Sequence record: KU686213.1
DNA length: 64,000 bases
Direction: 5' to 3' (one strand)
Made by a program: the position numbers and the translations under genes. The notes below the pieces were generated by a model. It had not been told where the DNA came from, made no database searches, and was given only the letters and a program-made list of their open reading frames with translations. Below, in pieces: positions 32,199 to 41,057 of this stretch (within the stretch, counting starts at the first letter, position 1; each line of letters opens with the position of its first letter).

Positions 32199-32708
32199 AT
32201 GCTAAAACATTTGTTCGTGGGAGCACTTATCTCTTTTTCTTGCTCCCCTGTGCTTGCTAACGGTCAATCTACCGTGTCTTCCAGCAGTAATGCACAAAAT
32301 AACCAGAATAACAATGGAACTGTGAATCTTGCCCCTATGGGTGGTTCAAACTCCAACTATCAGATCAATTCTGTATCAAATAGCCAGTACCAATTCGGTC
32401 CTGGTATCTCTTGTCCCACACCTGAACTTGGTATTGGGGCTTTTGGGGGCAATAATAGCTCATTTGATTCTGATTATAGCAACGGTTCTAACAATATAGG
32501 TGCAACCTTAATGTTTACTACACCTTTGGGTGGTGATGTTGGTCGTTATTGTAAAGAATTGGTACAGGAGATCACCAAACAACGGCAATTGGACACAAAG
32601 GTGACTATGATTCGCCAATGTGCGCAGTTTGCTCGGGAAGGTGTTATACTAGACACCGAACAGTTCCCCGAGTTCGCTATCTGCTCTGCTGTAACAGTCA
32701 CTCGGTAA
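32199..32708 (+). CDS. Hypothetical exported protein
   Basis: Signal peptide, Asn-rich, CPTP motif. Confidence 0.7.
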   Translation: MLKHLFVGALISFSCSPVLANGQSTVSSSSNAQNNQNNNGTVNLAPMGGSNSNYQINSVSNSQYQFGPGISCPTPELGIGAFGGNNSSFDSDYSNGSNNIGATLMFTTPLGGDVGRYCKELVQEITKQRQLDTKVTMIRQCAQFAREGVILDTEQFPEFAICSAVTVTR

Positions 32709-32780
32709 ACTGTCCACTAATCCACGACAGCCTAGCCTAGTGGGTTATACTATTCACATACCACACAAGGTTATTCACAA

Positions 32781-32975
32781 ATGTCTGAAAACATGAGCTA
32801 CTCAGCAGTTCTTTATGAAATGCAAGAGATTAAAGATGAGTGGCGTCGCAATACCTATACATACCACGAAGGTCAAAAAGAACGTTATGCACTCCTTCTT
32901 GAGGTCCGCCGTATCCGCGTTGCTCAAATGTACGCAGATGGGCGAGTACACGATGGATCAATGCAGTCAGGCTGA
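32781..32975 (+). CDS. Hypothetical protein
   Basis: Follows cassette at 32710. Confidence 0.65.
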   Translation: MSENMSYSAVLYEMQEIKDEWRRNTYTYHEGQKERYALLLEVRRIRVAQMYADGRVHDGSMQSG

Positions 32976-33009
32976 AACACAGCCAACTGAAGTAAACAAC
33001 ACAATTATT

Positions 33010-33252
33010 ATGGAAAATCAACCCCTAGATCAGTACTGGACCACTCCTTATGGCGATTTTGCCATCCGAAAGACTCGTTTTGGTGTATTCACTTCATATG
33101 ATCGTGAGTTAGTTCAGTTAGTAACTGGTGGAACATATGAAGCCGTCTTCAAAATGACGCCATCACACCTACAATGGGCACGTGAAGGTTACATTGTCCC
33201 AGAAGGACAAGAAGTGGGCACCTATTCATCCTCTGTTGGAGTAAAACTATGA
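33010..33252 (+). CDS. Hypothetical protein
   Basis: MENQPLDQYW...; start shortened from track ORF 32815 to avoid overlap. Confidence 0.6.
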   Translation: MENQPLDQYWTTPYGDFAIRKTRFGVFTSYDRELVQLVTGGTYEAVFKMTPSHLQWAREGYIVPEGQEVGTYSSSVGVKL

Positions 33253-33584
33253 CACACGACTACAAAGAGACCCTTTACATCAATTTATTCAATATATTGC
33301 GGGAATTGACTGAGCACGAGTCTCCAGAAGTCATCTTTGATCGTATTGTAGAAGACTTTGCTATGAGTGCAGAGTATCATATGGGTCAAGCAGACACCTT
33401 CAAGTCAATGCTAGACACATTTAGGCACGACAATCCAACAGAAACTATCCCTGAGTTCAAAGTTACTGACCCCAAGGTAGTTATTGAGGACCTATATGGT
33501 GGAATTACCGATATCAATAAGCAGTATATGTTAGAAGATCGTGATAAATTGATGGACTTTCTTAATGGAAGAACCGATATCTGA
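33249..33584 (+). CDS. Hypothetical protein
   Basis: Coupled ORF. Confidence 0.65.
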   Translation: MTHDYKETLYINLFNILRELTEHESPEVIFDRIVEDFAMSAEYHMGQADTFKSMLDTFRHDNPTETIPEFKVTDPKVVIEDLYGGITDINKQYMLEDRDKLMDFLNGRTDI

Positions 33585-33627
33585 TATAATTATCCCATAA
33601 ATATCCACATCCACCCAACCTAATACA

Positions 33628-33783
33628 ATGCTAAACGACTATCAGGAAATTGATCCCTCGGCAATGGCTACTCAACAAGCCAAGTTCTTTGAAGAATTAG
33701 AAAAGAACAGTTGGAGAGCCCGATATGAGCGATTCTGCGAAGAGAATCCATGGGACCTAGAGTGCAAAATCTTTGATCTATAA
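33628..33783 (+). CDS. CP12 C-terminal-like microprotein (51 aa, absent from ORF track)
   Basis: Ends FCEENPWDLECKIFDL, matching the CP12 C-x3-P-x4-C motif; ATAAATA at 33597-33603. Confidence 0.55.
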   Translation: MLNDYQEIDPSAMATQQAKFFEELEKNSWRARYERFCEENPWDLECKIFDL

Positions 33784-33896
33784 TCATATGCTCCCATCTG
33801 GGAGCTTTTTTGTCCACTTTATTAAGTGGCACCTTCATCGACCATAAAAGCTCATACTGAGCTATATTAAATCCGTTGAGACAAGGACCTATTCCA

Positions 33897-34064
33897 ATGT
33901 TCATCACTAACGAGTACATCACCTTTGCTGATGCTGTTACCGAAGATGGAACAGACTACGGCACAGGCTACTATCTACTCCAAGAGTATAGTAGTGGAGT
34001 AACAGACATCTTTGGACCATATCAATACGAAGAAGATGTTCCCAACAAAACACGCATTTTTTAA
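33897..34064 (+). CDS. Hypothetical protein
   Basis: MFITNEYITF...; small acidic ORF. Confidence 0.5.
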   Translation: MFITNEYITFADAVTEDGTDYGTGYYLLQEYSSGVTDIFGPYQYEEDVPNKTRIF

Positions 34065-34066
34065 TT

Positions 34067-34198
34067 ATGAACAACATCATTACTGAAGACATCGATCTAT
34101 TTGAAGCACTTGGTATTGCCGAAGAATGGGAAGACCAAGAAGTTGCTGACGAATACGCAGAACAGGACGCTCGCACACTAAAAGAATATGGCTTTTAA
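34067..34198 (+). CDS. Acidic microprotein (43 aa)
   Basis: MNNIITEDIDLFEALGIAEEWEDQEVADEYAEQDARTLKEYGF. Confidence 0.5.
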   Translation: MNNIITEDIDLFEALGIAEEWEDQEVADEYAEQDARTLKEYGF

Positions 34199-34321
34199 TT
34201 TAGGCTATGCTGGAGAAGCATTCCCCTTCTTCAAGCTAGCCATTGGTGCTACACTTGTATGGATGGGACTAAACATCAGTATTGTTATTACTGATAGTCC
34301 AAAAGACGAATAGTTTACATT

Positions 34322-34344
34322 AAGGGGCATTAAGCCCCTTTGTT
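34322..34344 (+). terminator. Probable intrinsic terminator
   Basis: AAGGGGC-ATTAA-GCCCCTT followed by TGTT. Confidence 0.5.
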
Positions 34345-34514
34345 ACAATATCAAAACATTTAAGCCAAATTTAGCAAAAATTATGCTATACTTGGTGAGG
34401 CAATACAGAGAGACTTCTTAAAAATCACTGATAGCCACTAAATATCATCAATGGTTGTATTTCAACCTGATGGTTTGTTACTTATATCTACACACAGAAA
34501 AAAAAAAACATATT

Positions 34515-34901
34515 ATGACATCATTCAACAAGAGCCTTTTGCGTCAAATTGCCCAGAAAAAAAATAAAGCACAAAACGGATTTACATTGATTGAACTAAT
34601 GGTCGTTGTTGCGATTGTTGGCGTTCTATCTGCCGTAGGTCTACCTCAGCTATTGAAAGCACAAGACCGAGCAAAGATTTCAGTGGCACAACAGGAAGCA
34701 GTCAACTACGCTAAAGAGTGTTCTATCTCCCTCCTTACAGGTGGTGCTGGTCCTGACGCTGGTGACTTTGAAACAGTTCCTGCCGCACAGACATGCGTCG
34801 CTGGTACAAGTGTAACCGGTGTATCTGATACTGACCCAGCAGTAACCTGGACAGTAACAATGGAAGGCGGCATCCCTGGCGTTCCTTCTTCCGATGAGTA
34901 A
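34515..34901 (+). CDS. pilA: Type IV prepilin-like protein
   Basis: Basic leader then G|FTLIELMVVVAIVGVLSAVGLP class III signal with Glu5; Cys pair in head. Confidence 0.88.
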   Translation: MTSFNKSLLRQIAQKKNKAQNGFTLIELMVVVAIVGVLSAVGLPQLLKAQDRAKISVAQQEAVNYAKECSISLLTGGAGPDAGDFETVPAAQTCVAGTSVTGVSDTDPAVTWTVTMEGGIPGVPSSDE

Positions 34902-34907
34902 TCTATT

Positions 34908-35471
34908 ATGAACCTAATGTCCACCATGGTGGGACTTAGCGTTATGGGAGTTATGGCTCCCTCCATAATGCAAATGTCCATCGCACCATACGAAGCAAAT
35001 CTAAGGGCAAAAAACCTTGGAACTGCCGAAGCTGCTGCTACAGTTTTTGCTGCTACATATGAAGGTGGACTCGACACTCCACCAACAGTTGAAGGTCCCT
35101 GTACATCAGAGGCTAGAGAAAATACAGATAACGCATATAGCGTCACCTGTACCTATGGATCTGGTAAGTATGTTCAGTCTGTTATGCGTGCCTTTCGTAC
35201 TGCTGTCCCCGATAAAGGACTAGATGGTACAGGCGCTAGAGGAGGGAGAGAGTTTCAATTTGAGACACCCACACGCTACTCAGGTCACCAATGTCCTATC
35301 CACGACCCCTGGGGTGTTTATGGTTACAATGACCAAATGTATACAGCTCTAGGTGGTGCTTGTATGCCACATGATGCTTGGACTCCGACCAAATATCAGT
35401 TCTCTGACCCTACTGCCTGGCTCTACGACATCAACAACATCAAAGGTTACGGAGATCATCCAGACTATTAG
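34908..35471 (+). CDS. Pilin/pseudopilin-like protein without canonical leader
   Basis: N-terminal hydrophobic helix with Pro followed by an Ala-rich helix; 6 bp after the pilin. Confidence 0.45.
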   Translation: MNLMSTMVGLSVMGVMAPSIMQMSIAPYEANLRAKNLGTAEAAATVFAATYEGGLDTPPTVEGPCTSEARENTDNAYSVTCTYGSGKYVQSVMRAFRTAVPDKGLDGTGARGGREFQFETPTRYSGHQCPIHDPWGVYGYNDQMYTALGGACMPHDAWTPTKYQFSDPTAWLYDINNIKGYGDHPDY

Positions 35472-35475
35472 TATA

Positions 35476-35664
35476 ATGATTAAAAAACTGATTGAATCTT
35501 ATAAAGATTATCTAAATTATTTGAGAGACTTGTCTCACCGATCATCACCAATATATCGTGAATTAGCTATTGAGCGATTAAAAGCTCATAGAGAATATAT
35601 GGATAATCGCAGAAGATACAACCCATATCTTCATCCAGACGAATGGGATGCTGAAAATATCTAA
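35476..35664 (+). CDS. Hypothetical protein
   Basis: MIKKLIESY...; followed by terminator. Confidence 0.5.
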   Translation: MIKKLIESYKDYLNYLRDLSHRSSPIYRELAIERLKAHREYMDNRRRYNPYLHPDEWDAENI

Positions 35665-35673
35665 AATAAATAG

Positions 35674-35697
35674 AGGGGAGTGATGCTCCCCTTTTTT
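35674..35697 (+). terminator. Intrinsic terminator
   Basis: AGGGGAG-TGATG-CTCCCCT + T run. Confidence 0.7.
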
Positions 35698-36000
35698 ATG
35701 GATTTTATAGTAACAGTTAGAACATACACTGGTGCTGTTAAGTCAGTAGAAGTCAAGAACATGCCCGATGAGGATGCTGCCCGTGCTGAAGCGGTTAGCT
35801 TAACCTTCGGGCGTGTTCTTTCTATTGAGAGGACAGATACTGAGGAAGTTGTAGTAGCTACTACACCAAAGAAGAAAAAGCGGAAACTACCTGAAATTGA
35901 AAGAGAACTGATGCCTGGTGAGACTGAAACTATCGTCACAGGATACGATAACAACCCACTAGCAGTTTTCACATATCTAAATGATGATGGGTTGGTGTGA
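35698..36000 (+). CDS. Hypothetical protein
   Basis: MDFIVTVRTY... Confidence 0.6.
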   Translation: MDFIVTVRTYTGAVKSVEVKNMPDEDAARAEAVSLTFGRVLSIERTDTEEVVVATTPKKKKRKLPEIERELMPGETETIVTGYDNNPLAVFTYLNDDGLV

Positions 36001-36075
36001 CGGCTGATATAGTGTCCACCTAACCCCCACAGGGGTGGTTTTTTATTATATGATGACTTCATACGAAACGAACTG

Positions 36076-36282
36076 ATGACTTCTCTCTTTTCAGTCAAAT
36101 GCTTCAGTCCATCTCAAGTTTTTTATACTTGTCAAACTGAACTTTGGGTAGAAGCAGTTGCTATGGCACATCTTCTGGCAGAAACATATGGACATCGTGC
36201 TAATGTGTATAAACCCAATGAGGTTCATCACGCATATTCTGCCACAGGGAACCCCGATATCACTGATCGTATCTTTACCTGA
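36076..36282 (+). CDS. Hypothetical protein
   Basis: Follows cassette at 36012. Confidence 0.55.
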   Translation: MTSLFSVKCFSPSQVFYTCQTELWVEAVAMAHLLAETYGHRANVYKPNEVHHAYSATGNPDITDRIFT

Positions 36283-36367
36283 TAAGATAACCACTTCCTA
36301 AACTGACCACTGAACCCCCACAGGGCACCCAAATGCCCTATACTAATTACATCAACACAGCACTACT

Positions 36368-36799
36368 ATGGCTCGCCACTCCGAAGTTCTTATCCAAGGC
36401 GTCAACGTTCCAGGCGGAAACTTCAAAGTAACAGTTCCCGTAGACTCCTCCTATGCTTCCGATGCTGCTCGTAACATCTATCCATACGATGGAGCACAAT
36501 ACATCTGGATGAAGTCTTGGGAGGTTGGTCAGTCCTCTCGTGGCGGTGGTGGCTCCTCCTCTGGGGCAGGAATGGGTCCAGGCACCATCGTAATGGGGCT
36601 TATTGGTCTTATCCTGGTTGCTGGTATTGGTTCTGCCTTTGAGGATGATACATCACCTGTTGAGACCCCCCAGGCTGCCCCTGTAGAGCGTGTTCAGGCA
36701 GCTCCTGCTCCCGTTGCACCTGCTGCTGAACCACAGTTTAGGGACTATGCTAGCCCTCCTCCTTCCTACTGCATCACTGAAAACTTTGAGCCTTGCTGA
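36368..36799 (+). CDS. Hypothetical membrane protein
   Basis: One TM segment (GTIVMGLIGLILVAGIG), Pro/Ala tail; follows cassette at 36303. Confidence 0.7.
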   Translation: MARHSEVLIQGVNVPGGNFKVTVPVDSSYASDAARNIYPYDGAQYIWMKSWEVGQSSRGGGGSSSGAGMGPGTIVMGLIGLILVAGIGSAFEDDTSPVETPQAAPVERVQAAPAPVAPAAEPQFRDYASPPPSYCITENFEPC

Positions 36800-36800
36800 T

Positions 36801-36974
36801 ATGATTGACTTCCGTCCCCCGCATCACATCACCACACAAGAAGAGTGGGATTTTATATTCAAGACACAGATCGAAAACTGTGCTAAACTAAAGAATACCG
36901 AGGCACAATACTATACCTGTATTGATTCCACTGGTAAGACTACCCGTAAAGTTGTTATTGAGTTTGATGACTGA
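36801..36974 (+). CDS. Hypothetical protein
   Basis: MIDFRPPHH... Confidence 0.5.
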   Translation: MIDFRPPHHITTQEEWDFIFKTQIENCAKLKNTEAQYYTCIDSTGKTTRKVVIEFDD

Positions 36975-37116
36975 ATCCGACATCACAATCTTCTTCCTAA
37001 AAACAATATCATTATTCTTTGTTCTTGGATGTGCTTATGCCGTATCTTTGATGGAAGAGGATGATGATGACGATGATGATGAGGGAATGTATCAACCTGC
37101 ATACAATAGAATCTAA
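36967..37116 (+). CDS. Small membrane protein with poly-Asp
   Basis: TM segment then EEDDDDDDDE. Confidence 0.55.
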   Translation: MTESDITIFFLKTISLFFVLGCAYAVSLMEEDDDDDDDEGMYQPAYNRI

Positions 37117-37418
37117 TGACTGAAAAAGAAATTGAAATGAACTTTGGTAGTGAGTATGAGTCCGGCATTGATTATGGTGAGACTGCAATCCTAGACTATA
37201 CCGAAGAAGTAAGTGTCACACTATCACGTTCTGATTGGAACTGGTTTGTTACACTTATGAGTGACTCCGTTGATAAAATGGAGCTAGCAGTTGCTGCTGC
37301 TGGTAAAGACTCTGCCGAGTTCCTAGCTATTGAGACCCTACGCACTATTCGTAATGAAATTGCCCGACAATCTGGACTTGACCAATTTATTGAAGGAGAT
37401 GCCCGTCAAAGCTCCTAA
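37116..37418 (+). CDS. Hypothetical protein
   Basis: Coupled ORF. Confidence 0.6.
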   Translation: MTEKEIEMNFGSEYESGIDYGETAILDYTEEVSVTLSRSDWNWFVTLMSDSVDKMELAVAAAGKDSAEFLAIETLRTIRNEIARQSGLDQFIEGDARQSS

Positions 37419-37671
37419 AGGGTATCACTATGAGATTACAGAACATAAGCGGAATGTAGCGGCTATTTGGTTATGTGGTGGTCCCACATACCTCTATAAT
37501 GGCGGAGAAACTGCTAGAACTATTCACTCATTCTATGACTATAAGAAGAAGGTATGGTTCTCTCCAATTAATAGTAAGAAGGTAGGTCAAGAAGTTCACC
37601 CTAGCAATATTCGTCCATATTCTTCTATGCCGTTGAACCTAAATCCACTGATGGCAGCTCTTATGTCTTGA
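37399..37671 (+). CDS. Hypothetical protein
   Basis: MPVKAPKGYHYE...; AAGGAG ribosome site upstream. Confidence 0.65.
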   Translation: MPVKAPKGYHYEITEHKRNVAAIWLCGGPTYLYNGGETARTIHSFYDYKKKVWFSPINSKKVGQEVHPSNIRPYSSMPLNLNPLMAALMS

Positions 37672-38188
37672 TACAGTACATAAGAGCTACGTTACGTGGT
37701 CGATATGATATCCAGTTGTCAACGTTAGGGGCAGCATTGTCCTGCGCACCCCTTGATACATTGTCTTGAGTAGAATTTGCCACACCACCATTAGACTGTA
37801 GTCTAGTCCCAGTTAGCTGATTACCATCAGCCTCTGCATATTGTTGACCAATATTGAAAGTGGGAGATGTTACATTACTATCACTGCCGAAAGCATCATT
37901 CATTGCCTGCCTTGTGGATGTAGCTGCTTGACTACTACCCAAAGCACGACCAGTATCAACACCAGCACCGTTATCCCAACCCCTAACAAACTCACCACGA
38001 AGATCTGGAGTGTTGGAACCAATTAGGGTCTCTAGGTCATCAAAGCCAGAAGTTGACTGACCATTACATTCCAAGTACCCAGTGGGAGGAACAGCACCAT
38101 AGTACATAATAACAGTACCTGTTGGATTGGTTCCTTGGGATACTCCACTTCCACTTTCTATTGTATCTACAACTAAAGTTCCTGCCAT
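37661..38188 (-). CDS. Short tail-collar domain protein
   Basis: TGTVIMYYG..PPTGYLECNG...PDLRGEFVRGWDNG..VD.GRALGSSQ and RPRNVALMYCIK. Confidence 0.88.
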   Translation of the reverse strand: MAGTLVVDTIESGSGVSQGTNPTGTVIMYYGAVPPTGYLECNGQSTSGFDDLETLIGSNTPDLRGEFVRGWDNGAGVDTGRALGSSQAATSTRQAMNDAFGSDSNVTSPTFNIGQQYAEADGNQLTGTRLQSNGGVANSTQDNVSRGAQDNAAPNVDNWISYRPRNVALMYCIKT

Positions 38189-38209
38189 GATAAATAAGAG
38201 ACTTTTTAC

Positions 38210-38221
38210 TATTTATAAATA
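38210..38221. promoter_or_regulatory. Palindromic bidirectional late promoter
   Basis: TATTTATAAATA contains TATAAATA on both strands. Confidence 0.7.
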
Positions 38222-38245
38222 GAATTGTAAACATACGAACAACAA

Positions 38246-38407
38246 ATGACTTACGCACCTAAGCGTTGTCATGAATGTGCTCAAATTATTGTACCAAAGC
38301 GACCCTTAGAAATTATTGAGATCATTAAACAGTCAGATGCTCTCCTGGAGGCAGAGATTCAAAGAGTCGAACAAGAACTTGTAGACAAGTACGGTCACAA
38401 GTGGTAA
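38246..38407 (+). CDS. Small hypothetical protein (53 aa, CxxC)
   Basis: MTYAPKRCHECAQ...; lies between late promoter and terminator. Confidence 0.5.
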   Translation: MTYAPKRCHECAQIIVPKRPLEIIEIIKQSDALLEAEIQRVEQELVDKYGHKW

Positions 38408-38415
38408 GCTAAATA

Positions 38416-38445
38416 ACCTCGTAGGGCAACCTACGGGGTTTTTTT
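38416..38445 (+). terminator. Intrinsic terminator
   Basis: CCTCGTAGG-GCAA-CCTACGGGG + T run. Confidence 0.75.
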
Positions 38446-38459
38446 GTTGGATTGAAGAT

Positions 38460-38699
38460 ATGTCCTTTAAGAAGAGTAAGGAACAGCTTAATTCTGAGTT
38501 CAAACTAGTTATTGAACGGGCACGGGTATGTGGTAAGGGAGCTGCTAGGGCAGACAATCTACACAAACTATCCACTCAACTAGGATATATCGATGCTGCT
38601 CTCACAGGTGGTAAGCTGACCAATAAGCAGGCAGCACAGCAAGTTAAAGATTTGTATAAAGCTTGGAAAGAAACCAATAGAGCCATCGACCTGGAGTGA
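38460..38699 (+). CDS. Hypothetical protein
   Basis: ORF in gene run. Confidence 0.55.
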   Translation: MSFKKSKEQLNSEFKLVIERARVCGKGAARADNLHKLSTQLGYIDAALTGGKLTNKQAAQQVKDLYKAWKETNRAIDLE

Positions 38700-38720
38700 T
38701 TCTGTGCTATAATCTATGGT

Positions 38721-39107
38721 ATGGAAAGCTTTATGTCCCTAGCCATTGAGGTCGCCAAGACCTCACCATCACGCAAGCCTGTTGGGGCAGTTCTCTTACG
38801 GAAAAACAAGGTGATTGCTACGGCAACCAACCACGACTGTAAGACGCATCCCATTCAAGCCAAGTGGGCAGAGCGTGTGGGATTATCTGAAAAGATCTAC
38901 CTACACGCCGAAATATCTGCTATGATAAAGGCTAGGGAAGAGGCAGACAAGATCGTTGTGGTCCGCCTAGGCGGTCATTCAGGCAACGAACTACGCCAAG
39001 CTCGCCCCTGTAAGATCTGTGAAGCATACTTGCGTCACACATCTAGTATCAAACACGTCTACTATTCAGAGTGGACAAACAAGTTCTCCTATGAGTATTG
39101 GGGTTAA
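38721..39107 (+). CDS. Zn-dependent cytidine/dCMP deaminase-superfamily protein
   Basis: HAE...PCKIC signature. Confidence 0.85.
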   Translation: MESFMSLAIEVAKTSPSRKPVGAVLLRKNKVIATATNHDCKTHPIQAKWAERVGLSEKIYLHAEISAMIKAREEADKIVVVRLGGHSGNELRQARPCKICEAYLRHTSSIKHVYYSEWTNKFSYEYWG

Positions 39108-39125
39108 TCCCACTAATTTATTATT

Positions 39126-39332
39126 ATGAGTATCCAAACAGGCGACACAGTTATCTTCCGTGGTGGTGTAATCCCCGAGCAAGTTAAGTATTCTGGTTCG
39201 GACTATCCATCAGACCTTACTATCGGCAAGACATATGTTGTTGCTAGTGTAGAGAAGACTAGCTCATACACCAACTTAACATTGGAAAATACCGAAGGTA
39301 GGTTCAACTCAAATCAATTCCAAGTAGCATGA
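39126..39332 (+). CDS. Hypothetical protein
   Basis: Small beta-rich ORF. Confidence 0.55.
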   Translation: MSIQTGDTVIFRGGVIPEQVKYSGSDYPSDLTIGKTYVVASVEKTSSYTNLTLENTEGRFNSNQFQVA

Positions 39333-39535
39333 GTTCCATTAAAACATTCACACAAACAAGCGATGATCTCTATGATCGTCACAACTATAAAGTTGTATTC
39401 AAAGGTGGTCGTAAAGAGATCTACTGTGAATCTTGGGAAGGTGTCCAATCTATTTGGTTTCAATGGGCACAGATGCAAGCTATAGATTACATTGAAGTCT
39501 GTGATATTAAGAAGTACAAGCCGAAAGGATTTTAA
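39329..39535 (+). CDS. Hypothetical protein
   Basis: YDRHNYKV..., ends KGF. Confidence 0.65.
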   Translation: MSSIKTFTQTSDDLYDRHNYKVVFKGGRKEIYCESWEGVQSIWFQWAQMQAIDYIEVCDIKKYKPKGF

Positions 39536-39537
39536 TT

Positions 39538-39726
39538 ATGATTCCACTTGCGTTAGCTTGTGTTCTTGGTGGTTGTTTAGATGTACCTATTGGTACTACT
39601 AGTGATACTCTACCGGAAACTATTGTAAAGGAGTTCCGTAGACAAAACCCCAAACAAACAACAAACCCATCCTGTTATGTGATGGGTACATTTTATGTAG
39701 AATGTCCAGAGGTTAATTATGACTAG
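39538..39726 (+). CDS. Hypothetical exported protein
   Basis: Hydrophobic Cys-containing N-terminus. Confidence 0.5.
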   Translation: MIPLALACVLGGCLDVPIGTTSDTLPETIVKEFRRQNPKQTTNPSCYVMGTFYVECPEVNYD

Positions 39727-39970
39727 AAGTATTATTCATCCAGAACTACAAATCCCCGAGTGGGGAACAGAAGAGTATCGTATTTGGTGGGAATCACAAT
39801 ATGATCAACACGAGAGCCACGAACTACAGCGGACACCGCCAATGGAAGTTTTAGAATGGGCTGATGGTTTCGTAGGTAAATAATAGACAGTTCCAATAGT
39901 GTCCACTGCCCCTTGCTAGGGGCTTTTTTGTTGTTATACTATGTTCAACCAACCAAACCAACCCAACCAA

Positions 39971-40318
39971 ATGGCTTCCTTCGCTGACTACGTTGACTCC
40001 AAGCCTGCTGCTGATAAAGCTGAGGCTGATGTGCTACGCTACACCGAGGTGCTTATTGAAGCACTGACCCAGGATGCCCCTGACGACTACACCTATGCCA
40101 TTGACGGTGGTCGTAAGTTCCATAAGGTGTGGATGTATCGCTATGGCAAGCGTGACTCCATCCACGCCTTTGTGGACAAGAAGACTGGTGAGGTTTACAA
40201 GCCTGCCAGCACCAAGGCACCAGCCAAGGGTGTTCGCTTCAACCTCCTAGACGAAGCAAGCCGTGAGGATATGCTCTCTCGTGCTGGCTGGTCCGGCGGC
40301 TACCTCTACATTCGCTAA
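39971..40318 (+). CDS. Hypothetical early protein
   Basis: GRKFHKV...IHAFVDKKTGEVYKPAS.KAPAKGVRFNL; follows cassette at 39899. Confidence 0.75.
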   Translation: MASFADYVDSKPAADKAEADVLRYTEVLIEALTQDAPDDYTYAIDGGRKFHKVWMYRYGKRDSIHAFVDKKTGEVYKPASTKAPAKGVRFNLLDEASREDMLSRAGWSGGYLYIR

Positions 40319-40478
40319 AATACTATGTATATTCTCCCTCTCATTTTCATTGCCTGCCTGACTACTGGTGAGTGCTTCAGCTCTAACAGAGCACCCGAAG
40401 TACGTGAACCAGTACCATACGGCACAGACCTAGAAGCTCCCCGTAGAGGGATGCGTGACCCCCGAGTGAGGACAACTA

Positions 40479-40673
40479 ATGATTGATTATTACAGCGAAG
40501 ACCACATAGACTCGTTTGACTTTGAAAAAGCCGAACAACTTGAACAAGACATTTTAGAGATGATTTCTAACCCCAACAAAGAGTATTATCACCACAGCTC
40601 TCCCGCTTGGAATATTGCTGCACTTCTTGTATACTTGGAGGATATGGTGGACAAACTAGAGGAACTAAACTGA
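40479..40673 (+). CDS. Hypothetical protein
   Basis: Acidic small ORF. Confidence 0.5.
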   Translation: MIDYYSEDHIDSFDFEKAEQLEQDILEMISNPNKEYYHHSSPAWNIAALLVYLEDMVDKLEELN

Positions 40674-40906
40674 TGAATCAAGCAAAGCAACTAGCAGAGA
40701 ACCTTGCCTTTGATGCCTATATGAGGTATCACCGCAACAGAATGACTCTCCCCTGCCCTGATGTGGACCAGCTCCGCACCTATGATGTGGTTGACCGTGG
40801 TGAGAGCTATGTTATACTGTATAAGAACGGTATGGATGCTGGTAAGTCCTGTATCTATGCTACAATAAATAAGGAGACCTGTAAGGTATGCTCGAACTAT
40901 CTCTGA
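40673..40906 (+). CDS. Hypothetical protein
   Basis: MNQAKQL..., coupled. Confidence 0.5.
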   Translation: MNQAKQLAENLAFDAYMRYHRNRMTLPCPDVDQLRTYDVVDRGESYVILYKNGMDAGKSCIYATINKETCKVCSNYL

Positions 40907-41057
40907 TTCTAGGGCTCGCTCTGACGCCCCTAGAAGCCTCTGAGAAGGTCAATGAGTTCTGTTCATATGTCGTTGGTATCCCCTACGCTAGCGACAACTT
41001 CACAGACGAAGAGTGGGGGAGATTTGTATATTGTAGAGAGTCCATAAGAGTACCACA

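Noticed and set aside
34706-35146. 146-aa minus-strand ORF over the pilin genes
   Set aside because: Antisense to two better-supported genes; no motif or promoter.
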